Source: Candidatus Eiseniibacteriota bacterium
GTDB lineage: Bacteria; Eisenbacteria; RBG-16-71-46; DASYSL01
Direction of reading: 5' to 3'
Assembly (NCBI GenBank): GCA_031431875.1
Contig: JANPEF010000147.1
Span: 1 to 56,219 of the forward strand
DNA length: 56,219 bases
Part shown: one piece after another, positions 10,071 to 20,800 of the stretch
How the letters are laid out: each line of letters begins with the position of its first letter
How positions within the stretch are numbered: position 1 is the stretch's first letter
The notes under the pieces: generated by a model
What the model was told of the DNA's origin: nothing
Seen by the model: the letters and a program-made list of their open reading frames with translations, nothing else
Databases searched by the model: none
Translations under genes and position numbers: made by a program

Positions 10071-10312
10071 GACTTCAGACTATGTCCTGCTCGAAGCGCG
10101 CCACAAACCTCGCCACCAGCATCGCGACGTACAGCACCCCCCCACCGACTCGAGCCCGCACAGGGCAAGAATGGAGGCGGTGCCGAAGCCGAGGTCGAGC
10201 CGTGGATCCTGCAACGGGATGCTGAACGCGATCGAGGTCGCGAGGACGACGAGCGGGACGACGTGGTTCTCGGCGGATCGTCTCCCGGGCAGGCTCCGGT
10301 CGCCCTCCCGGT

Positions 10313-13300
10313 TCACTCGAGAGGGAAGGTCACCTTTGCCGGCAGCGTGCGGACGACCTCTTCCCGGCCGCCGACAGGCGGCCGAACACGGATCCCGCCC
10401 GCCGGGACGTGCACGCCGGCATTGATCTCCACCACAACGCTTTGGCCACGCTGGCTCATGCGATAGCTCAGAGGCCCGAAGGGCGTCGGCAAGCTCCGCA
10501 CGCGAACCCCGCCCGGGCCCGTGACCCAGTCGCGCCGCACGCCGGCGCCGACCACGAGCACGCTGTCGGCGCCCCCACTCCCGCCCGGGCCCTCGGCGTA
10601 GGCGAACAAATCCACGAACGAGCGCACGTAGTCGGTGCCGCACCAGGTGTGCGGCATGTCGCCGAGGAAGCGCGGCTTGCGCTCGTCGCTCGAGACGACC
10701 TCGGCCCAGTGGCGGAAGCCGGCCGGGCGGCGGTCGCGGAGGAACCAGTCGAGGGCGGCGTTCGCGCGGTCGCGCTGGCCCAGGCGGACGAGCGCGCCGA
10801 TCGTGCGCAGCTCGTAAGGCGTGTAGGCGTCCCACGTCTCGAGCCCGTCGCGGCGCTTGACGAAGAAGTCCCAGTAGCCGGCGAACGTGCGCTCGAGCGC
10901 CGCGCGCGAGACGACGTCCTCCCCCGCCGCGACCGGGTCGAGCGCGATCGTGGTCGAGGTCGCGTCGAAGTCGCCCAGGTCGGCGCAGCCCGGCACGTAC
11001 TCGATCTTGTGCACCTTCTGGGCCGCGAGGATCGAGGCGGCGAAGTCCCCGGCAAACTCGGCGCGGCTGGCGGCGAAGCGCGCGGCATCGTCGGCGTGCC
11101 CCAGCCGGCCCGCGAGCCACGACGCGTCGGTCAGCCCGCGCAGCGCAAAGAAATCATCCCAGTAAGAGTGCATGGGCTTGGCCGAGTAGCCCTCGTGGCT
11201 GATCGACGGCGGGAGCAGTCCGTAGAAGTGCGCGTTCTCGGGCGTGCGCCACTCGGGGGTGCGGCGGGTCGCGCGCAGGGCATCGATGTGGTCGGCGGCG
11301 CGGCGCACGGCAGGCCACAGGTCGGCGGCCAGCGCGGTGTCGCCGGTGTAGCGCAGGACCTCGGCGACCAGGAACACGAACTGGCCGTGGCTGTCGTGCT
11401 CGGGCGTGGGATCGGGGCCGCGCTGGTCGACGCAGCACGGGACCGCCCCGTCGGCCGGGACGAACCGGGCGAACCAACGCGCGAACTCCCTGGCGATGTC
11501 GGGCTCGCCGACGCGCAGCATGGCCGAGGAGCTCAAGGCGCCGTCGCGGATCCACGAGCGCTCGTAGGAGCGGGCGCCGGGCTGGACGGCCGAGCCGTCC
11601 CGGGTGACGCGCAGCCATCCCAGCTGGGCGCGGAAGGTCTGGAGAGCTTCATCCCCTGCCGGAGGCAGCTCGATGACCAGATCGCCCCGGAGAGCGCGCC
11701 ATGCGGCCGCGCTTGCGGTGTGGGCCTTGTCGAACGCGCCGGGCTTCGCGGCAGCGGCAGCCCCGGCGGCCGACCCATCCATCGCCGTCGCGATCTCGAT
11801 CTGCCGGGCTCCGCCCGGCTTCAAGTCGAACGCCCACGTCAGGAGGCCCGAGGCGTGGCCAAACGGATCCGCCACGCCCCCCGACGGCGGCACGCGACCG
11901 GCGACCATGAAATCGGCGACCACATCGCCCTGGTCGAACGTCGCGGCTCCGACGCGATCGGCCAGCGGCGTGACGTGGATTGGCGGGCGGCCGGCGACGG
12001 CGATCGTTGCAGGCGTAACGATCAGCGAATCGACGCGGGCCGCACCCCCGGTCGTGTTCAGGAACTGCGCCGGCGGGTTGACCTGGAACGGGCGGAGCGC
12101 CAGGCCCAGCGTGCCGGTCGTGCGCACCCTCCCGCGGTTCTCGAGCCGGTAGCGGACGCGCAGATGTGCCGCCCCACTGTCGCCGGCCACGAACGCGGTG
12201 GTCGTGAGGGCCAGGCCCTCCGGGCTGGACCACTCGACGATCGGCATCGGGAGGTCGCCGTCGACCAGGCGCTGGGCGTGCGGGCCGTCGCGCCAGGTCA
12301 GCAGCCGATCGCCGAGCCGCACGAACGCCTCGAGCGAGGGCCCCTGCTTCCACGGCTCGACACGGCCGTCCTCGTCGACCAGCGCCTCGGCGCGGTCGCG
12401 GTCGGCGCCGATCGCGGTCCAGTAGGGCTGCTCGCCGACGATGCCGCGCGGGTACGTGCCGGCCGGCGCGCCTTCGGCGACATGGGCGAAGAAGTCGTTG
12501 ATGCCGGGCGCCCACGCCGGCGGCAGCACGTCGATCGCCTCGACCGCGCCCTGGAGCGAGGTGTCGCCGTCGCGCGCGCGCAGGCGGATCGAGCTGGCCT
12601 CGGCGTCCGGGAAGTACAGGAGATCCGTGCCACCGTTGCCGCCGCGCACCTCGCGCGGGGCGCCGGAAATGCGCCCGTCGTCGTCGACCAGGACGACCGT
12701 GTAGTCGCGCACGGCGCGGCCCGGCGCCCACTGGATGCGCACGGCGGAGAGGTCGCGGCTGCCGCCCAGGTCGGCGATCACGTTCGAGAAGCCGCCCCTG
12801 AGCACCGGCGCCGGCGGCGGATCGACGGCCGGCGGCAGTTCCTCGAGCGTCAGGTCGTCGAGCCACACGGTGCCCTCGCCGCCCGAGCCCGCGGTGATCG
12901 CGAACTCGATCGCGGCGATCCTGCCGAGCGTGCCGCCGCCGATCGGGCCCCAGGCGAACTCGATCTTGCGCTTCTTGGTCGCGATCGAGTCCCACTGCGC
13001 GGGAAACACGAAGTCTCTCCGGTTGTTCCACCACACGTTCGTGCCGGTCGAGTCGATCAGCTTGAACTCGAAGTTCTGCGACCCGCTGACGCCGCGCACG
13101 GCGAGATGGAATCGGTAGTCCGCCGGCAGGGGCACATCGAACGCCTTGCGCGCGACCGCGTAGCCACCGCCGCGCACGAACTTGTAGTCGAGGCGGAGCG
13201 CGCGGCCGTGGACGCCCTCGTCGGAGGAGATCTCGAGCTCGACGCCGCCGGCGGGATGAGCGCTCCAGCTCGTGGGGTCCTCGAAGGCGTCGACCAGTAC

Positions 13301-13384
13301 CCGCGGCGAAGCCGCGGGGGAAGCCGGACCCGCCGCGAAGAGGGCCATCGCGAACGCACACAAGAACACCATGCTCCGCGACAT
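10313..13384 (-). CDS. Secreted CBM-like/discoidin-like protein with C-terminal (alpha/alpha)6 glycoside-hydrolase-like domain
   Basis: Signal peptide; CBM11-like N-terminus (ALRLDYKF...GTVWLDDL); C-terminal RSYERSWIRDG, EHDSHGQ, SISHEGYSAKPMHSYWDDF, GDMPHTW. ATG overlaps the permease stop. Confidence 0.75.
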   Translation of the reverse strand: MSRSMVFLCAFAMALFAAGPASPAASPRVLVDAFEDPTSWSAHPAGGVELEISSDEGVHGRALRLDYKFVRGGGYAVARKAFDVPLPADYRFHLAVRGVSGSQNFEFKLIDSTGTNVWWNNRRDFVFPAQWDSIATKKRKIEFAWGPIGGGTLGRIAAIEFAITAGSGGEGTVWLDDLTLEELPPAVDPPPAPVLRGGFSNVIADLGGSRDLSAVRIQWAPGRAVRDYTVVLVDDDGRISGAPREVRGGNGGTDLLYFPDAEASSIRLRARDGDTSLQGAVEAIDVLPPAWAPGINDFFAHVAEGAPAGTYPRGIVGEQPYWTAIGADRDRAEALVDEDGRVEPWKQGPSLEAFVRLGDRLLTWRDGPHAQRLVDGDLPMPIVEWSSPEGLALTTTAFVAGDSGAAHLRVRYRLENRGRVRTTGTLGLALRPFQVNPPAQFLNTTGGAARVDSLIVTPATIAVAGRPPIHVTPLADRVGAATFDQGDVVADFMVAGRVPPSGGVADPFGHASGLLTWAFDLKPGGARQIEIATAMDGSAAGAAAAAKPGAFDKAHTASAAAWRALRGDLVIELPPAGDEALQTFRAQLGWLRVTRDGSAVQPGARSYERSWIRDGALSSSAMLRVGEPDIAREFARWFARFVPADGAVPCCVDQRGPDPTPEHDSHGQFVFLVAEVLRYTGDTALAADLWPAVRRAADHIDALRATRRTPEWRTPENAHFYGLLPPSISHEGYSAKPMHSYWDDFFALRGLTDASWLAGRLGHADDAARFAASRAEFAGDFAASILAAQKVHKIEYVPGCADLGDFDATSTTIALDPVAAGEDVVSRAALERTFAGYWDFFVKRRDGLETWDAYTPYELRTIGALVRLGQRDRANAALDWFLRDRRPAGFRHWAEVVSSDERKPRFLGDMPHTWCGTDYVRSFVDLFAYAEGPGGSGGADSVLVVGAGVRRDWVTGPGGVRVRSLPTPFGPLSYRMSQRGQSVVVEINAGVHVPAGGIRVRPPVGGREEVVRTLPAKVTFPLE

Positions 13385-14205
13385 CACCCCTTCACCCCGC
13401 CCATCATGACCCCGCGCACGTAGGCCCGCTGCAGGAACAGGAAGACGATCAACACCGGCGTGATCGTGATCACCGACCCGGCCATCATCAGTTCCGTGTC
13501 CTGGACGTGCTCGCCGACGAGCCCGGCCAGCGCCACCGGCAGGGTGTACTTGCTCTCGTCGGAGAGGACGATCAGAGGCCACATGAAGTCGTTCCACATG
13601 GACAGGAACGTGAATGCCGCGAGCGTGACGAGGATCGGCGCCAGCAGCGGCAGGACGATCGTGCGGAAGATGTGAAACTCCCCCGCCCCGTCCATGCGCG
13701 CGGCATCGAGCAGCTCGTCGGGAATCGACAGCGCGTACTGCCGCACCATGAAGATGCCGAAGATGCTGGCCAGGCCGGGGATCATGACCCCCGCCAGGGT
13801 GTTGACCAGCCCCATCTTCTGCAGCAGCAGGAACAGCGGCAGCATGCCCACCTGCCCCGGGATCACGAGTGCGGCAAGCAGGGTGCGGAACAGCGGCTCC
13901 CGGCCCTTGAAGCGCAGCTTGGCGAACGCATAGCCGGCGGCGCCATTGATCATCAGGGACAGCAGCGTCGTGAACACCGCCACGAACAGGCTGTTGCCCA
14001 GGTGTCGCGCCAGGTCGAGCCGGGTGAACAGCGCGTTGTAGTGCTCGAATGTGACCGTGCTGGGGAACAGCTTCGGCGGAAACGTCGTCGCCTCGCCCGG
14101 CGGCATGAGCGACGCCGACAGCATCCAGACCAGCGGCACGAGCGTGATCGCAGCGCCGGCGATCAGTGCGGCGTGGAGCCCGATCGCGGGACGGGCGCGG
14201 CTCAC
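13384..14205 (-). CDS. Carbohydrate ABC transporter permease (MalG-like)
   Basis: EAA loop IPDELLDAARMDGAGEF, WNDFMWPL; GTGA overlap with the upstream gene. Confidence 0.92.
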   Translation of the reverse strand: MSRARPAIGLHAALIAGAAITLVPLVWMLSASLMPPGEATTFPPKLFPSTVTFEHYNALFTRLDLARHLGNSLFVAVFTTLLSLMINGAAGYAFAKLRFKGREPLFRTLLAALVIPGQVGMLPLFLLLQKMGLVNTLAGVMIPGLASIFGIFMVRQYALSIPDELLDAARMDGAGEFHIFRTIVLPLLAPILVTLAAFTFLSMWNDFMWPLIVLSDESKYTLPVALAGLVGEHVQDTELMMAGSVITITPVLIVFLFLQRAYVRGVMMGGVKG

Positions 14206-15110
14206 GACGGGCGCTCCCTGGTCAGGCGCAGCTGGATCAGCGTGCCGATCAGCATGATGACGAAGAGGACGAACGCGATCGCCGCGGCGAGGCCCATCCG
14301 CCACCAGCGGAAGCCCTCCTCGTACATGAGGAGCACGACGGTCGTCGTGGCGCGCAGCGGACCACCCTGGGTCATGACGTAGGGCTCGGCGAAGATCTGG
14401 AAGTTGCCGAGCATGGTGATCAGGATGACGAACAGGAACGTGGGCATCAGGTTGGGCAGCGTGATGTTCCGGAACTGCCCCCACCACGACGCGCCGTCGA
14501 GCCGCGCGGCCTCGTACTGCTCCTCGGGGATGTTCGACAGCCCGGCGACGAAGATCAGCATGTTGTAGCCGAAGTTTTTCCACACCGCGAGCAGCACGAT
14601 CGCGGGCATGGCGAAGGTCGGGTCGCCCAGCCAGTCGACCGGCGGGATGCCGATCAGGCCCAGCGCGTAGTTCACGAGGCCATACTTGGGGTGCTCGAGG
14701 TAGCGAAACACGATCGCCACCGCGACCAAGGTGGTCACGACGGGCACGAAATAGATCGTCCGGAACAGCCCGCGCAGGCGCGTCGCGCGCGCATGAACCA
14801 GGAGCGCAGCTCCAAGCGAGACGCCAACCGACAGCGGCCCCGCCACGAGCACGAAATAAAACGTGTTGCCGAGCGCCTTCCAGAGCAGCGGGTTGGCGAG
14901 GACCGCGCGGTAGTTCTCGAAGCCCACAAGGCGGGCGGTCGAGGGATCGGCGATGGCATAGATATCGAAGTCGGTGAACGACAACACGAGCCCGGCGAGC
15001 ACCGGGAACACGAAGAACAGCGTGATCAGACCCAGCGCGGGAGCGAGGAACCACCATGCGGCACGCGCCTCGCGGCGGGCGCCCTCGGGCAGCGCGCGGG
15101 TGGCGCTCAC
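14202..15110 (-). CDS. Carbohydrate ABC transporter permease (MalF-like)
   Basis: IPEEQYEAARLDGASWWGQFRNITLP, MTQGGP; GTG start overlaps the binding-protein stop. Confidence 0.92.
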   Translation of the reverse strand: MSATRALPEGARREARAAWWFLAPALGLITLFFVFPVLAGLVLSFTDFDIYAIADPSTARLVGFENYRAVLANPLLWKALGNTFYFVLVAGPLSVGVSLGAALLVHARATRLRGLFRTIYFVPVVTTLVAVAIVFRYLEHPKYGLVNYALGLIGIPPVDWLGDPTFAMPAIVLLAVWKNFGYNMLIFVAGLSNIPEEQYEAARLDGASWWGQFRNITLPNLMPTFLFVILITMLGNFQIFAEPYVMTQGGPLRATTTVVLLMYEEGFRWWRMGLAAAIAFVLFVIMLIGTLIQLRLTRERPS

Positions 15111-16405
15111 GGCTTCGCCCCCGTCGCGGCGAGGGCGCGCGTAACGAGCCATCGCCGCTTCTCGAGGATCTGGTCCACTTCCCGATCGAGCTGCGCCAGC
15201 GCCTGCTCGGAAGTCTGCGCGCCGCGGATCGCCGCCTCGGCGCGCTCCTGCAGGCGGATCGAGATCTGCTCGGCCTCGGGGATCTTGGCCAGCGGGCGCA
15301 CGCGCTCGAGCTGCACGCGGAACGCGCGGGCACGCGGGTCGGCCACCAGAGCCGAGTCGTTCCACGCCGAGCGCCGCGCCGGCAGCGAGCCGGTGAGTTG
15401 GAAGAAGCGCGCCTGGACGTCGGGCCGCGACAGGTACGACAGGAAGCGCCACGCCGCCTCGGGATGCTTCGACGAGCGGAACATCACGAGGCTCGCGCCA
15501 CCTGCGGTCGAGACGCCGGACTCCGGGCCGTCGGGCCCGGGCAGCGGCGCGGTCGTCCAGGAGTCCTGCAGCGAATCGGGCAGGCGGCTGCGGAACTCGC
15601 CGAGATTCCACGGGCCGGTGATGTACATGGCGAACGAGCCGCGCGCGAATTCTTGATAGAGGTTCGACATCTCCTGGTTGCCCATGGGCGACGCGTAGCC
15701 ATCCTTGAACAAGCTCAGATAGAAATCGAAGCCCCGACGAAACTCCGGCGCCGAGAACGCGCCACGGGTGTCGTGATCCGCCAGCAGCGCCGAGCCGGCC
15801 TGCGCCCCGAAGATCGCCGGCTGCGTCCACTCGTTGGCGGGAAGGAAGATCGCGTCGGTGCCCGCGGGCATCGTGCGCTTGAGCGCGGCCAGCGCGGCGC
15901 GGAAGCCCTCCCACGTGCCCGGCACCGAGTCGTAGCCGGCGGCGTGGAGCAGGTCGCTGCGGTAGAACAGGACGCGTGTGTCGACGTACCACGGCACGCC
16001 GTAGGTGACGCCGTCGACCACGTTGGTGTCCCAGATGCCGTCAAAGTAGTCGTCGCGCTTCACGTCGCCGGCGGCGGCCACGCGCGTGTCGAGCGGTGCG
16101 ACGGCCTTCAGTGCTGCGAACTCGGCGATCCACGTGTTGCCCAGCTGCGAGACGTCCGGCGACGAGCCGCCGACGTGCGCGGTGAGGAACTTCTCGTGTG
16201 CGGCCGACCACGGGATCTGCTGGACGAGGACCCTCACGTCGGGGTTGTCGCGCTCGAAGTCGCGGGCGAGCTCCTCGACGACCTCGCCCTCGCGGCCCAT
16301 GCCCCAGAAGCGGATCGTCGTGACGTTTTTCTGGTCACCACCGGACGCGCAGCCGGCAACAGCAACCGCAAGCAGGAGCGCTCCGAGCGGCTTCGCCCGC
16401 TTCAC
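15107..16405 (-). CDS. Sugar ABC transporter substrate-binding lipoprotein
   Basis: Lipobox AVAGC, PDVSQLGNTW, YGVPWYVDTRVLFYRSDLL, AMYITGPW. Confidence 0.92.
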   Translation of the reverse strand: MKRAKPLGALLLAVAVAGCASGGDQKNVTTIRFWGMGREGEVVEELARDFERDNPDVRVLVQQIPWSAAHEKFLTAHVGGSSPDVSQLGNTWIAEFAALKAVAPLDTRVAAAGDVKRDDYFDGIWDTNVVDGVTYGVPWYVDTRVLFYRSDLLHAAGYDSVPGTWEGFRAALAALKRTMPAGTDAIFLPANEWTQPAIFGAQAGSALLADHDTRGAFSAPEFRRGFDFYLSLFKDGYASPMGNQEMSNLYQEFARGSFAMYITGPWNLGEFRSRLPDSLQDSWTTAPLPGPDGPESGVSTAGGASLVMFRSSKHPEAAWRFLSYLSRPDVQARFFQLTGSLPARRSAWNDSALVADPRARAFRVQLERVRPLAKIPEAEQISIRLQERAEAAIRGAQTSEQALAQLDREVDQILEKRRWLVTRALAATGAKP

Positions 16406-17865
16406 CGCCCGACCCCGGTCGAATCCAGCCAGCCACCGGTGAAGCCAGCGCGCTTCAGCCCGCGCACGAGGTGAGCATTCTTGCGCATCGTCTTCCACAC
16501 GAGGCCGCTTCGGTAGTTCTCGATCATGGCGAGGATCGGGCCCTGGTCGATGCCCAGGTAGTCGGTGTCGAACCAGCCGACGCCAGGCACCACGTGACCG
16601 TGCTGCACGCGCACGGGCGCGTCGAACGTGGGGTTGAACGCGTCGACGAATCCATACTGACCGTAGAGTGGTTCCCCATACGTGTCGCGCATGTGGCGGA
16701 GCGTCGCGATGGTCTCCCCCGGCAGGAACGGAATCGATCCGCCCACCGCCGTCGGCGCGAGCGTGCCATCGTCGATCACATCGGTGAAGCTCGCTCCGCG
16801 AGCGTTATAGGTCTGGAACCTGCGCTGCCGTCCATCGAGCGTCATCGTCGTGTCGAGCGGGCCGTCGCAGGCGGTCAGGCCCCAGACGTTCTCGCCATAG
16901 CCCTTGAAGCCGGACGGATTGCGGATCGCATAGGCCCGCTGTGCGATCGTCGCCCGCTTCGAGTTCTCGAAGTAGTCGCTCCCGTGGGCGCGCATCGAGC
17001 TGTCACGGATGCCGGCGTAGTCGACCCACACCTGGCTGTACTGGTGCCCGAACAACGGCGCGAAGCCAAGGTGTTCCTGCCCCTCGAACGAGCCCCACTT
17101 GTAGTGAGCCGTGTACGCCGCCCACGCGCCGTCGTCCACGGGATGCGTCGGCGAGCCGAGCGCCAGCAGGTAGAGGATCATCGTCTCGTTGTAGCCGCGA
17201 TAATCCCACGCGAGATGCCCGCCTTCGGGCGTCCAGCCGAGCGAGATCGTGGGTGGGCGGATCGAGGCCCACTTCCAGTCCACGCGGGTGTAGAGCGCCT
17301 CGGCGAGGTCGCGAATCGCGGTTTCATCCGGGGTCGCACGATCGAAGTAGCTCTGGCAGAACAGAGTGCCGGCCATGAGCATCGCCGTGTCCTGGGTCGA
17401 CAGCTCGACGGTCTCGAAGCGCTGGCCGTTCCCCGGATGCAGGAAGTGGTAGAAGAAGCCCTTGTAGCCCGTCGAGCCGACGCGCGCGGTGTCCTGCTTC
17501 GCGGCCAGCATGTAGGCGAGCGTCGTCCGGGTGCGCCGTGCTGCCGCCTCGCGCGGGATCCACTCGCGCTCCGCGCCGATCGGATACGCGGTCAGCGCGA
17601 AGCCCATCGCCCCGACCGAGACGAAGGACTTGGTCGGCCAGCGATCGGGCGACAGGCCGGTGGTCGAGTCGGTCGTCTCCCAGAAGAAGCGGAACGTGCG
17701 TTCGGCGAGGGAGTCGAGGAAGGCTTCGTCCGCCGTTACGGACTGCGACGGGCCGGGAGCTCTCCGCTGGTTCGCGCATCCGATCGTCGCCAGTGTGCAC
17801 GCGGCCAGGATGGCCGCCACCCCCACCACCACCGCGAGCGTCCCTGCCCGCGCGAGCAATCTCAT
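16402..17865 (-). CDS. GH144-like (PF10091 'glucoamylase') endo-beta-glucanase, probable lipoprotein
   Basis: GYKGFFYHFL, VELSTQDTA, GYNETMILY, PLFGHQYS, WGLTACDG, YGFVDAFN, LGIDQGPILAMIENYRSG; LAAC lipobox. Confidence 0.85.
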   Translation of the reverse strand: MRLLARAGTLAVVVGVAAILAACTLATIGCANQRRAPGPSQSVTADEAFLDSLAERTFRFFWETTDSTTGLSPDRWPTKSFVSVGAMGFALTAYPIGAEREWIPREAAARRTRTTLAYMLAAKQDTARVGSTGYKGFFYHFLHPGNGQRFETVELSTQDTAMLMAGTLFCQSYFDRATPDETAIRDLAEALYTRVDWKWASIRPPTISLGWTPEGGHLAWDYRGYNETMILYLLALGSPTHPVDDGAWAAYTAHYKWGSFEGQEHLGFAPLFGHQYSQVWVDYAGIRDSSMRAHGSDYFENSKRATIAQRAYAIRNPSGFKGYGENVWGLTACDGPLDTTMTLDGRQRRFQTYNARGASFTDVIDDGTLAPTAVGGSIPFLPGETIATLRHMRDTYGEPLYGQYGFVDAFNPTFDAPVRVQHGHVVPGVGWFDTDYLGIDQGPILAMIENYRSGLVWKTMRKNAHLVRGLKRAGFTGGWLDSTGVGR

Positions 17866-20800
17866 GCGCGCGGCCCGAGCTGGATCGTCACCGCGTGCTC
17901 CCGCCCGTCGCGCGCCAGCGGAATGCGTGCCGCGCCGTCGACGATGCGGGTCGGCGACCCGTCGACCGCGGCGCGCGACACGATCTCGGACGCGGCCGAC
18001 TTGCCCGAGCCGGCGGCCGTCAGGCCACCCCGGACGTCGATCACGTAGGTCGTGCCATCGGGCAGCCGGCGGCGCACCGTGTAGCCCGGCCAGTCGTCGG
18101 GGATGCATGGCTTGACGACCAGCGTGTCGCCGCCGTCGATGGTCACGCCGAGCACGGACTCGAGGGCGACGCGCAGCAGCCAGCCGGCCGAGCCCGTGTA
18201 CCACGTCCAGCCGCCGCGGCCCACGTGCGGCTCGGCGCCGTAGACGTCGGCGGCGACCACATAGGGCTCGACCTGGTAGGTCGCGACCTGCGCGGGTGTC
18301 TGGGAGTGGCTCACGGGGCTCAGCAGTTCCAGGAGATGCGCGGCGCGGTCGCGGCGGCCGCGCTCGGCAAACGCGCGCACGACCCACAACGCGGCATGAG
18401 TGTACTGGCCACCGTTCTCACGGACGCCGCGGACGTAGCCCTTGATATATCCAGGGTCATTCGGGGTGTTCTCGAAGGGCGGGTCGAGGAGGCGGATGAT
18501 GCCGGCTTCGTCGGAGATCAGGTGCTCCTCGACCGCGTCAAGCGCGCTCTCCGCGCGCGGAGCTGGCGCAGTATCGGCGATCGTGGCCCACGCCTGGGCG
18601 AGCGCGTCGATCCGGCACTCGTCGCCCTGGGCGGTGCCCAGCGGCGTGCCGTCGTCGTAGTAGCCACGGCGGTACCACGCGCCGTCCCAGCCGGCGCTCT
18701 CGAGTGCTGCGACGAGTCGAACTCGCTCCAGGTCGTAGCGCTCGGCGCGTGCAAGGTCGCCGCGGGCGCGCACGAGCGGCGTGAAGTCCGTGAGCACGGC
18801 ATGGAGGAACATCGCCATCCACGTGCTCTCGCCCTTGCCGTCGTGGCCGACGCGGTTCATGCCGTCGTTCCAGTCGCCGCAGCCGAACAGCGGCAGCCCG
18901 TGGGCGCCATTGCCGACCGTGAGCGAGCGCTCGATCGCGCGCAGGCAGTGCTCGTACACGCTGGCGCTGGCCGTCGAGATGGTCGGCGCGAGGAACACCT
19001 CCTGCTCGCCGGGCTCCAGCTCGCGCGCAACCACGAAAGGGGCAACCTCGTCGAGCACGGTCGCGTCGCCGGTCGCAGCGACATACGTGGCCGCGAGCCA
19101 CGGCAGCCACAGGAGATCGTCGGCGAAGCGCGTGCGCAGGCCGCGCGCATCGGGCGGGTGCCACCAGTGGAGCACGTCGCCGGTCTCGAACTGGTGGCGC
19201 GCATTGCGCACGATCTGGGCGCGGAACATCGCCGGGTCCGAGTGCAGCAGCGCCGAGGAATCCTGCAGCTGGTCGCGGAAGCCGTAGGCCCCGCCCGACT
19301 GGGCGAACGCGGTGCGCCCCCACAGCCGGCAGGCGATCGTCTGGTACAGCGCCCAGCCATTGATCATGCGATCGAGCGCGGGCGCGGGAGTCGTCACCTG
19401 CACGGCGCCGACGAGCGTCTCCCAGAAAGTGGTCATCGCGGCGAGCGCGGCCTCGGTCGCGCCCGGGGTGCGGTAATGCGCCAGCAGCGCATCTGCGGCG
19501 GCGCGGTCGAAGGCGTCACCGAAGACAATCGTCCACGTGGCGGACGCGCCGGGTGCCAGCATGAAGCCCACCGCCTGGGCAAAACACGGATCCAGGTCGT
19601 CGCCGGTGCGGCCGTCGAATCCGGCCGGATCCGTGAGCCCCCGCGGCGCGGCGAGCCCCTCCCCCGGGCCACCGAGGAACGCGGCCCGGTCGCAGGTGAA
19701 CGCGTTCGCACTGGCGCCCGCCTCGCCGATCAGCGCGGTGAACGCGACGCGGCCGCCGTAGAGCGCATCCCCCGGGCGACGCGCGTACAGCGCCGTGCCG
19801 TCGGACGCCGCCTCGGTCACGACTCCACCGGTGGCGTGCGTGGGCAGGCCGCCGAGCACGAGCTGCTGATACGACGCCAGAACCAGGTGGCGCGCAGCGC
19901 CGCCAGGATTCGTCACTGTCACCCGCACGATCTTGACCGGATCATGCCGCGGGACGAACACCTCGGCATTGCACGACAGCCCCAGCGCGGTGCGCCGGAA
20001 GCGCGTGACACCGAAGCCATGCCGGGCTTCGCACGGATCGCCCGTGGCACCGGGCGCGAGCGGGCCGACCGGACCGGGCAAGGGCGAGGCGATCGCGCCG
20101 TCGATGTCGTCGCGCAGCCACAGCGCCTCGCCGGGCGGATCGAGCAGCGCGTCGTTCGACCACGGCGAGAGGCGGCGTTCGCGGCTGTTCACGCTCCACG
20201 TCGCACCCGCGCCGGTCTCGCTGACGAGCCCGCCGAAGTCCTCGCTGGCGATCACGTTGATCCACGGCTGGGGCGGCCGCGTCGCCGCGAGCCCGCCGCC
20301 GAAGCGCACGACGTACTCGCGACCGGCCGAGGCGAAGCCACCGCTGCCGTTCCAGAACTCGAGTGGTTCCGCCGCGAACGCGGCCTCGAGCGCGGCGGCG
20401 GCGGTGCGGTCGCGGTCATGGTTCGCCGAAGGCGAAACGCTCGACTCATCCGCGAGGACGGGCGCAGCCGCAATCTCGACCACACCATCGACCGGCGCGG
20501 CCTCGCCGGCAAAGCCGATCGCACCCAAGCCGGCAACCTCATCGCGCCGCGCGTTACCGCGCGAGCGGGCGCCCGAGAGGATCGAGGCGCCGCCCTCACC
20601 GCGGGCGCGAGCAAGTGCTGCGAGTACGGCCGCGCGATCCTCACCCGCCACAAGCGCGAACGTCAGAGTCACCGGCGCGCCGGCCTTGACCGTGCGGGTG
20701 ACGCGCAGCGCCAGCACGGGATCGAGCACGTTGCCGACGGTCGACGACCACGGCGCGGCACTCGCCAGGGCCCGCGGCCGCGTGCGATCGGGCACGCGGC

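Noticed and set aside
10080..10290. Hydrophobic minus-strand reading (HVVPLVVLATSIAFSIPL...) in the intergenic gap
   Set aside because: No credible start or RBS and no recognisable family; cannot be called a gene or pseudogene.
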